From an uncultured Trueperaceae bacterium (GTDB taxonomy: Bacteria > Deinococcota > Deinococci > Deinococcales > Trueperaceae), in the NCBI GenBank assembly GCA_963815215.1, contig CAWFFU010000008.1:128001-192000 (forward strand): a DNA stretch of 64,000 nt, read 5' to 3'. Made by a program: the position numbers and the translations under genes. The notes under the pieces were generated by a model. That model was not told the DNA's origin. It did not search any database and saw only the letters and a program-made list of their open reading frames with translations. How positions within the stretch are numbered: the first letter of the stretch is position 1; each line of letters begins with the position of its first letter. Shown piece after piece: positions 34,229 through 43,539 of the stretch.

Positions 34229-35346
34229 CCGGCAGCGCCGGCCGGACCCAGCTCCGCGCGACGCACCGTCAGCCGCTCGATCAGGTCGCGCTTGAGCGTC
34301 ACGCCCAGCCCGGGGCCGGTCGGCAGCGTCTGTACGCCGTGCTCGGCCTCCAGCAGCGGGTCGACGATGTCCTCGTCCCAGTAGCGGCTGGCGCTCGAGG
34401 TATCGCCGGGCAAGGTGAAGGCCTCGTGCGTGGTCAGGTGCAGATTGTGGGCGCGGCCGATGCCGAGCTCGAGCATGCCGCCGCACCACACCGGCGCGCC
34501 GAACGCCAGCGCCACGTCGCTCACGCGGCGGGCTCCGAGGTGCCCGCGAACGCGCCCGAGCTTGACGTTGATGACCCGCCCGGCGTCCGCCTCGAGAGCC
34601 TTGCGGGCATCCTGCGGCGAGTGCACCGACTCATCCAGGCACAGCGGCGTGGCGAGCATCGCCTGGAGCTTGGCGTGATCCACCAGGTCGTCGTGCGCCA
34701 GTGGCTGCTCGATGTAGTCGAGGCCGAGCTCGTCGAGCTGGTAGAACACGCGTGCATCGGTCAAACGATAGGCGCTGTTGGCATCGACGCTGAGCGGCAT
34801 GCCCGGCAGCGCCTCGCGCACGGCGCGCAGCGGCTCCACGTCCCACCCCGGCTTGATCTTGAACTTCAGCCGCTTGTAGCCCGCCGCGGCGTGGCGCTCG
34901 GCCTGCTCCACCGTGGCCGCGACGCTGCCCTGGATCCCGATCGACGCCCCCACTTCGATGGGTCGCTCGATGCCGCCCAGGAGCGTCCACAGGGGTACGG
35001 CCGCGGCCTTCGCCTGGAGGTCCCAGAAGGCCGTCTCGAGGGTGGCCACCGCCATGTTGTGCCCGCGGATGCCGTCGAGCTCCGCCAGCAACTCGGCGGG
35101 CGTAGCGAAGGAGCGCCCCACGATCCGAGGCAGGATGTAGTGCTCGAGAGCCGTCCAGGCCGTGTCCGCGGTCTCATAGCTGTAACCGGGAACGTTGCCG
35201 GCGGTGACCTCTCCGTACCCCTCCAACCCGTCGGCGTGCGCGATGAGGATGATCTTGCGCAAATCCTGCTCGACACCGAAACTCGTCTCGAAGCGGAACT
35301 TGAGCCGTACGGAAAGCTCGCGGAGTTCGACCCGCTCGATCTTCAT
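34225..35346 (-). CDS. menC: o-succinylbenzoate synthase / N-acylamino acid racemase (enolase superfamily)
   Basis: FETSFG, KFKIKPGWD, VDANSAY, IEQPL, CLDES and WCGGMLE.G motifs; OSBS versus NAAAR function cannot be resolved from sequence. Confidence 0.85.
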   Translation of the reverse strand: MKIERVELRELSVRLKFRFETSFGVEQDLRKIILIAHADGLEGYGEVTAGNVPGYSYETADTAWTALEHYILPRIVGRSFATPAELLAELDGIRGHNMAVATLETAFWDLQAKAAAVPLWTLLGGIERPIEVGASIGIQGSVAATVEQAERHAAAGYKRLKFKIKPGWDVEPLRAVREALPGMPLSVDANSAYRLTDARVFYQLDELGLDYIEQPLAHDDLVDHAKLQAMLATPLCLDESVHSPQDARKALEADAGRVINVKLGRVRGHLGARRVSDVALAFGAPVWCGGMLELGIGRAHNLHLTTHEAFTLPGDTSSASRYWDEDIVDPLLEAEHGVQTLPTGPGLGVTLKRDLIERLTVRRAELGPAGAAG

Positions 35347-35556
35347 GCTGGCCTCCAGGCTGCCCAATATACCGTTGCCGAAGCGCTCGACGGCCGCGCG
35401 CCGACGATCCGGCGGGCGAATTCCCGGCGGGCACCGCACGCGCGTGAACCGTCCGCGCGTGAACGGGCCGCCACCCGAACGAAGCCGCGACCCCGCGTCG
35501 TGGCACCAGGACACGTCGGAGCGTCAGGACACGTGGGGGAATCAGAACTCGGGAAC

Positions 35557-36309
35557 TCAGAACTCGTCGGGGAACTCCAACCGGGGGCGCCGCTCCCCGT
35601 CCTCCCCCGACGGCGTTCCCTCAGCGCTTCGGCTCTCGTTCCCCGTCGCCTTTCCGGACCCAGCATCCGGCCGCGGGGCATCACGTCCACCCGGGCCCGG
35701 CATCGGCGGCTCGGCACGCCCCCCGGCCGATCGGGATGGTTCGGAGCGTTCGCGTTCGGACCGATCGCGTTCCGACCGCTCACGTTCGGCACGCTCACGC
35801 TGGGCACGCTCACTTTGGGCGCGCTCACGTTCGGCCAGCCGGCGCTCTACCTCACGACGCTCGCCCTCCATGCGCTCGCGCTCCGCCCGCTCCGCCTCAC
35901 GACGCTCGATCTCACGGCGTTCGATCTCACGGCGTTCCACCTCAACCTGCTCCGCCTCAACCTGCTCTGCCTCAACCTGCTCTGTCTTGACCCGCTCCGC
36001 CTCACGGCGGGCGCGCTCGCGCTCGGCTTCCCGGCGCTCGGCTTCCCGGCGTTCGGCGTCCCTACGCTCGGCGTCCCTACGCTCGGCTTCCCGGCGCTGG
36101 CTCTCCCAACGCGGGGCATCCCGTCGCATCGACGCACGCTCCGAAGCGTGGTCCGGCGCGTGCTCCGGCGCGTGCTCCGGCGCACGCTGCTCCCGGGCGA
36201 CCGGTTCGCCCGAAGGCCGACCGACCCTACCTTGACCGACCCTACCTTGACCGCTCCTACCCTGACCGCTCCTACCCTGACCGCTCCCATCCTGATCACC
36301 CTGGACCCG
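35557..36309 (-). other. Out-of-frame C-terminal continuation of the 37462 gene (Glu/Arg-rich repeats ending RPRLEFPDEF)
   Basis: Open frame to TGA at 35557; joins the upstream ORF exactly if one 16-bp repeat copy is removed. Confidence 0.7.
35738..36112. repeat. Degenerate 15-bp tandem array encoding pentapeptides (RREAE/QVEAE/RERAE)
   Basis: More than 20 units, e.g. TCGGCTTCCCGGCGC, TCGGCGTCCCTACGC, TGCTCCGCCTCAACC. Confidence 0.85.
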
Positions 36310-36325
36310 GATCACCCTGGACCCG
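36221..36325. repeat. 5 x 15-bp array followed by an exact 2 x 16-bp duplication
   Basis: CCGACCCTACCTTGA-type units at 36221-36295; GATCACCCTGGACCCG at 36294-36309 and 36310-36325. Confidence 0.92.
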
Positions 36326-37462
36326 GCGCCCGATGCGCGGTTCCTCATCGTCCTCGGCCGCTCCCGACGGGACCTCGCGCCAGGCGTCGGACCAGGTTTC
36401 GGGGCGGCTGCCGCCGGCCGGAACGTCCGGGCGGACAGCATCGGGACGGACATCATCGGAACGGGCAGCATCCGGGCGCCCCTCTGCGGCGCGCGGGCGT
36501 CGCGGGGGCCAGATGGCCGCTGCGTTGGGTGGGGTGTACGAAGGGGTGTACGGAGCGACGTCCGCGTCCGGTGGAGCCTCCGGCCGGGCGGGCGGCGCCG
36601 CTCCGGAAGCGCCCCCGGAGCGAGGACCGCGTGGAAGGTCGACCGCGTCGTCCGGCTCGGTCCCGCGAACGGTATCGGAGGGGCTGCCGATCGGGAGCGA
36701 GCGAGGACGCGCGGACTCCGGTCGCGGCTCGAAGCGGACTTCGCTCTCCGGCCCGGACTCCCGGAGGCGGGGCCCGAAGCCACGGCCGTCGGCCACTTGG
36801 CGTCGGCTCGCCGCGCCGCGCGCCTGAGGCCGCCGCTCCACCTCACGGCGGCGCAGGCCGCGCTCGGCCAGGCCCCGCGCCGGCTCCACCTTCTGGTCGA
36901 GCGGGAGCACGCGGAACCGCGCGTTCCAGGGTTCCCACAGCAACCTCGCGCGCACCCGGAACGTCTTGGGCCGCATGTCGGGAACGTAGACGAACAGCTC
37001 CAGCGTGCCCTCGTCCCCTCCGGCCTCGCGCAGCTCGGCGGTTACCTCCACCGCACCGTGCGGCGGCAAGACCGCCGGCACATCGGCCGTGGTGGGGGCC
37101 GAGGAGCCGTTGGTTCGCACCGCCAGCTCCAACAGCTGCACCGGGACCGCGCTGAGGTTGCTCACGGTCATCGACAGCACGAAGGCCACGTCGTCGGGGG
37201 CGTGCAGCGACGACGATACCGAGGCGGCGGCGCCCCTGACGCGGAGCTCCCCGTGCGAGATCAACAGCTCTGGACGCCGCGCCGTGGCGGAACGGCGCGG
37301 ACGGAGGATCCAGGTGAGCAGCATCACCAGCACCAGCGCCGCCAGCACCCACGTGAACGGGACCCAGGTGGAGGGATCCGGCGACAGGGTCGACCACCAG
37401 TGTCGCAGCAGCTCCGCCGTCGACTGGACCTGGCTCGCCATCATGGTGAACAAGCGTCTCAT
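36296..37462 (-). CDS. Membrane-anchored hypothetical protein (N-terminal part; apparently frameshifted)
   Basis: One TM (WVLAALVLVMLLTWIL), a beta-rich domain, then a low-complexity Pro/Arg/Asp linker; stop lies within the 16-bp duplication. Confidence 0.78.
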   Translation of the reverse strand: MRRLFTMMASQVQSTAELLRHWWSTLSPDPSTWVPFTWVLAALVLVMLLTWILRPRRSATARRPELLISHGELRVRGAAASVSSSLHAPDDVAFVLSMTVSNLSAVPVQLLELAVRTNGSSAPTTADVPAVLPPHGAVEVTAELREAGGDEGTLELFVYVPDMRPKTFRVRARLLWEPWNARFRVLPLDQKVEPARGLAERGLRRREVERRPQARGAASRRQVADGRGFGPRLRESGPESEVRFEPRPESARPRSLPIGSPSDTVRGTEPDDAVDLPRGPRSGGASGAAPPARPEAPPDADVAPYTPSYTPPNAAAIWPPRRPRAAEGRPDAARSDDVRPDAVRPDVPAGGSRPETWSDAWREVPSGAAEDDEEPRIGRRVQGDPGPG

Positions 37463-37542
37463 GCGACCGGCCTATCCCGGTCCCCTGTGGGGGACCGCCG
37501 CATCCAGCTTAGCGGTTCCCGACCCCCCGTCGCGTGCCCTGC

Positions 37543-38211
37543 CTAGGGTTCGAACACCGACCAGCCCAGGTCGGAGGCGGTGCGCCGCAGCACGCGATCG
37601 GGGTAGACGGCGACCGGCCGGTCGCTCAACAGCAGCATCGGAACGTCGTCGCCGGAGTCGCCGTAGGCAGCGTAGAGCCGCTCGCTCCCCAACGCCTCGT
37701 GGAGCCGTCGCGCCTTGGCGTCGCCGACGTTCAGCGCACCGTCCAACCCACCGGACAGCCGATCGTCGCGAAGGGCGACGGGACTGCCGATCGCGAGCGG
37801 AGCGGGCGAACTGGGATCGTGGTGGAGACGTCGCGCGAAGGCCTCCACCACCGGCTGGAAGGCACCCGATGCCAGCACCAGTCGCTCGCCGGCAGCCTGG
37901 TGCACGCGCAGCGCAGCCACCACCTCGGGCCGCCGGAGCGGCCACAGCACGTTCTCGACCACCCAGGACGCGGCCTCCGCGAAGGCATCGGCCCGGTCGC
38001 CGGCGAAGAGGTCCAGGAGGGAGAGCATCCAGCGCTCGCGGACCGGCTCGATCGGGACGAGCCCGCTGCGCGCCAGGAGCGCCGACGGCAGGTTGCGCGC
38101 GAAGGTGCGCCGGTAGGGCCTAGCGCGACCGTGCGCCACCAGGTACGCGCCCAGCGCGCGCCAGGTCTGCCCGGTGGTCAGCGTGCCCTCGAGGTCGGAT
38201 GCGACCGCCAC
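37543..38211 (-). CDS. HAD-IB family phosphatase
   Basis: DLEGTL, ASG, K and AYGDSGDDVPML motifs; TATAAC 7 nt before the GTG. Confidence 0.85.
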   Translation of the reverse strand: MAVASDLEGTLTTGQTWRALGAYLVAHGRARPYRRTFARNLPSALLARSGLVPIEPVRERWMLSLLDLFAGDRADAFAEAASWVVENVLWPLRRPEVVAALRVHQAAGERLVLASGAFQPVVEAFARRLHHDPSSPAPLAIGSPVALRDDRLSGGLDGALNVGDAKARRLHEALGSERLYAAYGDSGDDVPMLLLSDRPVAVYPDRVLRRTASDLGWSVFEP

Positions 38212-38272
38212 GTGGTCCGTTATACCCCGTGACCGGCGCGCCTCCACGGCCCACCCCGGCTACAGTGATGGC

Positions 38273-38959
38273 GTGGACGTTCGTATGACCGAGGACGGAA
38301 GCCGCACCCTGCTGTCGGCACGCTACCGCGAGACCTACCACTCGCAGCACGGCGCGGCCACGGAGTCCCGACACGTCTTCCTGGAGGGGAGCGGCGTTGC
38401 CCGGCGCCTGGCCCAGGGGTGGCCTACCACGGTGCTCGAGGTCGGTTTCGGGGCCGGCCTCAACACCCTGCTCACGTTGGCCGAGGCCGAGCGTTGGGGC
38501 ACGCCGCTGCGCATCGTCACGCTGGAGAGCGATCTGCTCCCGGTCGCAGTGTTGCGCGAGCTCGACTACCGCAGCCTGTTGCCCCGACCCGAACTCGGCG
38601 ATCAGCTGCTCGATTGGCTGGCGAGCCTGCGGAGCGGCGCATGGGCCCACGCAACGATGCTTGCCGGCAGCCGGCTGGAGCTGCTCCTGGTCGATGCGCG
38701 GCACGCCGCCTTGCCGGTTTCCGCCCACGCCGTCTACCACGACGCCTTCAGCCCCGACGTCAACCCCGAGCTGTGGGAGAGCCCGTTCCTGGGTCGTTTG
38801 TTCGGAACGCTCGCCCCCGGGGGCAGCCTGGTGAGCTACACCGTGAAGGGCGTCGTCCGTCGGCGGCTCGCGGCGCTGGGCTTCGAGGTCTCCAAAGCTC
38901 CAGGCCCGCCCGGCGGCAAGCGCGAGATGCTCGTCGCACGACGACCGGCGGAGCCGTGA
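38273..38959 (+). CDS. mnmD: tRNA mnm5s2U34 methyltransferase domain (MnmD / MnmC N-terminal-like)
   Basis: TEDGS.TL...Y.ETYHS.HGA..ESRHVF, LEVGFGAGLN, DAFSP..NPELW and PGPPGGKREM motifs. Confidence 0.88.
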   Translation: MDVRMTEDGSRTLLSARYRETYHSQHGAATESRHVFLEGSGVARRLAQGWPTTVLEVGFGAGLNTLLTLAEAERWGTPLRIVTLESDLLPVAVLRELDYRSLLPRPELGDQLLDWLASLRSGAWAHATMLAGSRLELLLVDARHAALPVSAHAVYHDAFSPDVNPELWESPFLGRLFGTLAPGGSLVSYTVKGVVRRRLAALGFEVSKAPGPPGGKREMLVARRPAEP

Positions 38960-39963
38960 GCGGAGCTCCGATCGCCGTGGTGGGGGCGGGCGTCGCCGGC
39001 CTCTCGCTGAGCTACGCGCTCCTGAGGCGCGGACTCGAGGTGGCCGTGTTCGAGCGGGGCCACGTCGGCGCCCAGGGGGCCTCCTCCGGACCGGCCGCCC
39101 TGCTCAACCCTTACCGGGGACACAGCGCCCGCGCCCATGAGGACGATCTCGCCGGCCTGGCCGCCTTCTGGCGCATGGCCGAGGCGTTGCGCTCGCGTGG
39201 CCTCGACCCCGGCGCCACGCGCTGCGGGGTGCTGCGACTCGCGCCGAGCGAGCGCCGTGCTCGCGCCTGGCGGAAGCGGGAGGGGGTCCGCTGGCTCGAG
39301 CCGTACGAGGTCCCTCCCCCCTATCACGCCCCCTTCGGCGCGTTGCTGGCCGAGGACGGCGGCTGGCTCCGGCCGCGCGTCCTGCTCGCCGGCCTGCACG
39401 CCGCGACGCTGGCGCTGGGCGGCGAGGTCCGTGAGGGGGTGCGGGTGCTGCGGCTCGAACCGGCCGCCGCCGAGGTCCGGCTGGTGACCAGCGCGGGCGC
39501 CTTCACGGCGTCGCGGGTGGTGCTGTGCGTGGGCGCGGACGCGGCGCCCGAGCTGCCGCTCCCGCCGCTGAGCTCGGTAGCCGGCGAAGTGGTCGAGGTG
39601 GCGACCGGCGGCCTGCCGGTGCCGCCGCGACTGCCGCTGGGCGGCTCGGTGTACGCCGCCTTCGACGGTGATCGCGGTTACGTCGGGGGCGGCCACCGCG
39701 ATCCCGAGTCGCCCGACCCGGAGGGGCCCCGGCGCCTGCTCCGTCAACTCGACCGGTCGCTGCCCGGCATCGGCGGCAGCACCGGGTTGACCCTCTGGAG
39801 CGGCGTGCGGGCCCGCGGCGACACGCTCAGGCCGATGGTGGTCGAGCGCGCACCGCGCGTCACCTTCTTCGGCGCGCTGGGCGGACGGGGCTTCCTGGTC
39901 TCGGCTCGCCTCGCCGAGACGCTGGCCGAGACGCTGAGCGAGCGGCTAGCGCGCGACGGCTAG
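38956..39963 (+). CDS. FAD-dependent oxidoreductase (DAO family; MnmC C-terminal-like)
   Basis: GAGVAG, GAS, WSGVRA and GALGGRG motifs; start overlaps the mnmD stop. Confidence 0.85.
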   Translation: MSGAPIAVVGAGVAGLSLSYALLRRGLEVAVFERGHVGAQGASSGPAALLNPYRGHSARAHEDDLAGLAAFWRMAEALRSRGLDPGATRCGVLRLAPSERRARAWRKREGVRWLEPYEVPPPYHAPFGALLAEDGGWLRPRVLLAGLHAATLALGGEVREGVRVLRLEPAAAEVRLVTSAGAFTASRVVLCVGADAAPELPLPPLSSVAGEVVEVATGGLPVPPRLPLGGSVYAAFDGDRGYVGGGHRDPESPDPEGPRRLLRQLDRSLPGIGGSTGLTLWSGVRARGDTLRPMVVERAPRVTFFGALGGRGFLVSARLAETLAETLSERLARDG

Positions 39964-40358
39964 GCCGGCACTTCGCTCTGAACGCCGTAGAGCTCGTCGG
40001 CCAGATGGTAGAGCATCGCCTTGGTGAAGACGCGCTTGCCCTCCGCCAGGTTCTCGCCGTCCGAGGCCAGCGTCAACTTGCGATAGGTGTGGGACTCGAA
40101 GGGGTGCAGCACGACCTCCTTGAACACCGCCTTGCGCTGGCTGGCGTTCACCAGCAACACAGGGCTGCCCCCCTCGTCCGACAGGCTCGCAGACATCACC
40201 GTGGTGGGGAGATCGAAGGGACGCTCCATACGGTAGATGTAGTCGGTGAAGTCGGCTTCCTTCTCGAAGCGAGCGCCCGAGCGCTCGGCGGCGTAGTCCC
40301 GCATCCACTGCAGCAGGCTGGCCCACGCCTGGTAGAACCCGCGGTCCTTCTCGTTCAT
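39960..40358 (-). CDS. nqo15: NADH-quinone oxidoreductase subunit 15 (frataxin-like)
   Basis: Y.AW..LL.WMR.YA....RFEKEADF.D.IYRMERP.DLPTT.M.ASLSD, as recalled from Thermus Nqo15. Confidence 0.92.
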   Translation of the reverse strand: MNEKDRGFYQAWASLLQWMRDYAAERSGARFEKEADFTDYIYRMERPFDLPTTVMSASLSDEGGSPVLLVNASQRKAVFKEVVLHPFESHTYRKLTLASDGENLAEGKRVFTKAMLYHLADELYGVQSEVPA

Positions 40359-40411
40359 GCCACCAGTCTACGGCAACGGGCGGCCGACACGCGCGTGGCC
40401 GAGCGGACGCG

Positions 40412-41083
40412 CTACAGCCCGAAGCGCTGCTCGAGCAGGGTGCCGAGCTCGCCCGGCTCGCGGGCGCTCGGCACGCCCAGTCGCGCACCGTCGTCGACAG
40501 GGCCCATCAGCACCGCCTGCATGCCGTAGGCCAGCGCCCCTTCGATATCGGCGACGGAGTCGCCGATCATGACGGTCTCGCTCGGCAACGCCTCGAGCCC
40601 GGTGCACGCCAGCGAGAAGATGCGCGCGCCGGGCTTGCGCGTCCCGACGTCGGGATCGCCCGACACCAGCACGCTGCGGAAGTACGCCCCGAAGCCCAGT
40701 GCCGCGAGCGCGGCGCGCTGCATGTCGACCGGGCCGTTGCTGACCAGCGCCATGGGCACGCCGCGGCGCTGCAGCCGCTCCAGCAGCTCGGCGGCACCGG
40801 GCACAGCACGGACGTCCTCGGCGTAGGCGCGTAGCGCCGTGCGCGTCATCTCCGTGAGGTCGCCTGGCGGGCGCTGCTCGAGCCGGGCGAGCGCCCTGCG
40901 CAGCGCGCGCTCCAGCGTGAGCGGACCGTCCCGGGATAGCTCCTCTCGAACCACCTCCGCGAAGCGGCTCAGATCGCAGCCGTCGAGCAGGAGCTCGTGG
41001 AACAACAGCGCCAGGTAGGAGCGGAAGTTCCCGGCGTAGGCCGCCAGGGTGCCGTCGAGGTCGAAGCAGAGCGCCCGGATCAC
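40412..41083 (-). CDS. HAD family hydrolase
   Basis: FDLDGTL, VSNG, RKP and MIGDS..DI.GA motifs. Confidence 0.9.
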   Translation of the reverse strand: MIRALCFDLDGTLAAYAGNFRSYLALLFHELLLDGCDLSRFAEVVREELSRDGPLTLERALRRALARLEQRPPGDLTEMTRTALRAYAEDVRAVPGAAELLERLQRRGVPMALVSNGPVDMQRAALAALGFGAYFRSVLVSGDPDVGTRKPGARIFSLACTGLEALPSETVMIGDSVADIEGALAYGMQAVLMGPVDDGARLGVPSAREPGELGTLLEQRFGL

Positions 41084-41148
41084 GGCACCAGCCTACCCGC
41101 CCACCCGGCTGCCGGCGGGCGACGGAGGCCGCGGTAAGATGACCCGTT

Positions 41149-43392
41149 GTGCCGGAACACGAACTGCTCCAATCCCTAAACGACGAACAACGCGCCGCCG
41201 TACGCCACTTCCAGGGACCCGCGTTGGTCCTGGCGGGAGCCGGCTCGGGCAAGACCCGCACGGTCGTGCATCGCATCGCCTACCTCATGGCCGAGCACGG
41301 CGTCTATCCGCAGCAGATCCTGGCTGTGACCTTCACCAACAAGGCGGCCGGTGAGCTCAAGGAACGGGTGGCGACGCTCATCGGCGAGCCCGCCCGCGAC
41401 TTGTGGGTCGCCACCTTCCACGCCGCCTGCCTACGGGTGCTGCGCAGCTACGGCGAACGCATCGGGCTGAATCCCGGCTTCGCCATCTACGACGACGCCG
41501 ACCAACTCGACCTCCTCAAGGAGCTGTTGCAGCAGGTGCAGGGCCTCAAGGACGCCAATCCCCGTGCCCTGCGCGGCATCATCGACCGCGCCAAGTCGCA
41601 CCTGTGGTCCCCCGGCCAGCTCGCGACCGAAGGGGAGCAGGCGTTCGGCCGTATCGCTGCCGGCGTGCCGCTGGAGCACGTGGTGGAAGTGTACGAGCGC
41701 TACCAGTCCCGGCTCGAGCGCGCCAACGCCGTCGATTTCAACGACATCCTGGGGCGCACCGTGGAGCTGTTCGAGGCCCACCCCGATGTGCTCGAGCGAG
41801 TCCAGCAGCGGGCCGTGTTCGTCCACGTCGACGAGTACCAGGACACCAACCAGGCTCAGTACCGGCTCACCCACCTGCTCGCCGACACCTACCGCAACCT
41901 GATGGTGGTCGGTGATCCCGACCAGAGCATCTACGCCTTCCGGGGTGCCGACGTGCGCAACATCCTCGAGTTCCAGCGCGACTACGAGGACGCCGCCGTG
42001 TACCGCCTCGAGCTCAACTACCGATCGGTGGGGAGCGTGCTGGAGGTCGCCAACGCCGTCATCTTGCACAACCAGGGCCGGCTGGAGAAGAACCTCAAGC
42101 CGGTCAAGGGAGCCGGCGCCAAGGTGCGCCTGTACCGCGCGGCCGACCACCGGGCCGAGGCGGATTTCGTCGCGCGGACCGTCGAGCGGCTGACCGCGGA
42201 CCGCAACCTGCGGCTGCAGGACACCGCCATCCTGTACCGGACCAACGCCCAGTCGCGCGTTCTGGAGGAGGCCCTGAGGCGTTCCGGCCTGCCCGCCCGC
42301 ATCGTGGGGGGCGTCGGCTTCTACGAACGCCGCGAGGTGAAGGACGTGCTCAGTTACGCGCGCGCGGCGCTCAACCCATCCGACGACGTCTCCTGGCGCC
42401 GCATCCTGAACCGGCCCAAGCGAGGCGTCGGCAAGACCTCCGAGGACAAGCTGGTGGCCTGGGCCGCCCGCCGGCAACAGCCCTTCTGCGAGGCGTTGAA
42501 GCACGTCGACGACGTCCTTAACGGCACGCCGGCGGTCAAGCGGGTGCAGGAGTTCCTGGAGCTCATGAACGATCTGGCGCGCGAGGCCGAAGAGCTGCCG
42601 GCCGCCAACTTCCTCAAGGCGGTGATGGACCAATCCGGCACCATGCGCGCGCTGAAGGAGGAGGGCAGCTACGAGGCCCAGGGGCGACTCGAGAACCTCG
42701 AGGAGCTGCTCAACGCCGTCGCCGAGTGGCAGGAGGAGTCCGGCGGCTCCATCGCCGAGTTCCTCGACGAGGCCTCGCTCATGAGCAGTGTCGACGACCG
42801 TGCCGTGGAGGCGGTCAACGGTGAGGTGGACGACGACGCCGTGACCCTGATGACGCTGCACAACGCCAAGGGGCTGGAGTTCCCCGTGGTGTTCCTGGTG
42901 GGCATGGAGGAGAACCTCATCCCGCACCGCAGCTCGACGGGCAGCCTGCAGGAGATCGAGGAGGAGCGGCGCCTGCTCTACGTCGGCATCACCCGCGCCC
43001 AGGAGGAGCTCACGCTGGTCCACTGCGAGGCGCGCATGACCTTCGGCCGGACCGAGATCGCGCGTCCCAGTCGCTTCCTGGAGGACATCCCAGCCTCCAT
43101 GCTGCAGGAGATCGACATCTTCGGCCAGGAGCTGGGCGACCCCAGCCACCTGGCCAAGAGCCTGCGGCAGCGCTGGCAGCCGCCCACCGCGCCGCCGTCC
43201 GGAAGCGCCGGCGCCCCCGGCGCGCCCGGCCTCAGTTACCGCGGCGGCGAGAAGGTGCGCCACCCCAAGTTCGGGCTCGGCACCGTGGTCGGCGTCAGCG
43301 GCGAGGGCGCGCGCGCCGAGGTGACGGTGGTCTTCGACGTCGCCGGCGCCAAGCGCCTGCTGGTGAAGTTCGCCAACCTCAGCGCGGTCTGA
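41149..43392 (+). CDS. pcrA: ATP-dependent DNA helicase PcrA/UvrD
   Basis: AGAGSGKT, TFTNKAA, VDEYQDTN, GDPDQSIY, YRTNAQSR, TLHNAKGLEF and EERRLLYVGITRA motifs; C-terminal Tudor-like HPKFG. Confidence 0.96.
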   Translation: MPEHELLQSLNDEQRAAVRHFQGPALVLAGAGSGKTRTVVHRIAYLMAEHGVYPQQILAVTFTNKAAGELKERVATLIGEPARDLWVATFHAACLRVLRSYGERIGLNPGFAIYDDADQLDLLKELLQQVQGLKDANPRALRGIIDRAKSHLWSPGQLATEGEQAFGRIAAGVPLEHVVEVYERYQSRLERANAVDFNDILGRTVELFEAHPDVLERVQQRAVFVHVDEYQDTNQAQYRLTHLLADTYRNLMVVGDPDQSIYAFRGADVRNILEFQRDYEDAAVYRLELNYRSVGSVLEVANAVILHNQGRLEKNLKPVKGAGAKVRLYRAADHRAEADFVARTVERLTADRNLRLQDTAILYRTNAQSRVLEEALRRSGLPARIVGGVGFYERREVKDVLSYARAALNPSDDVSWRRILNRPKRGVGKTSEDKLVAWAARRQQPFCEALKHVDDVLNGTPAVKRVQEFLELMNDLAREAEELPAANFLKAVMDQSGTMRALKEEGSYEAQGRLENLEELLNAVAEWQEESGGSIAEFLDEASLMSSVDDRAVEAVNGEVDDDAVTLMTLHNAKGLEFPVVFLVGMEENLIPHRSSTGSLQEIEEERRLLYVGITRAQEELTLVHCEARMTFGRTEIARPSRFLEDIPASMLQEIDIFGQELGDPSHLAKSLRQRWQPPTAPPSGSAGAPGAPGLSYRGGEKVRHPKFGLGTVVGVSGEGARAEVTVVFDVAGAKRLLVKFANLSAV

Positions 43393-43539
43393 TCGCGGCC
43401 GCCCCGCACGCCTGCGATGCCGTTCCCGAGGAGCCTTCATCGCTGACCGGAAGCGCCACCGGCGGTGGTATAGTTCCCCAAGTCCGCGCGGAGACGCAAC
43501 GGTGCCCCGTTCGGCGCCGGCCGAGGAGGAGCAGCTACT

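Noticed and set aside
35738..36325. Possible CRISPR array in the repeat-dense region
   Set aside because: Units are contiguous 12-16 bp tandem repeats with no unique spacers, and there are no cas genes in the window
34339..37155. 938-aa + strand ORF and other long antisense ORFs (7916-9874, 41431-43794, 50166-52958)
   Set aside because: Shadow frames opposite well-supported genes; high GC suppresses stop codons; no recognisable motifs
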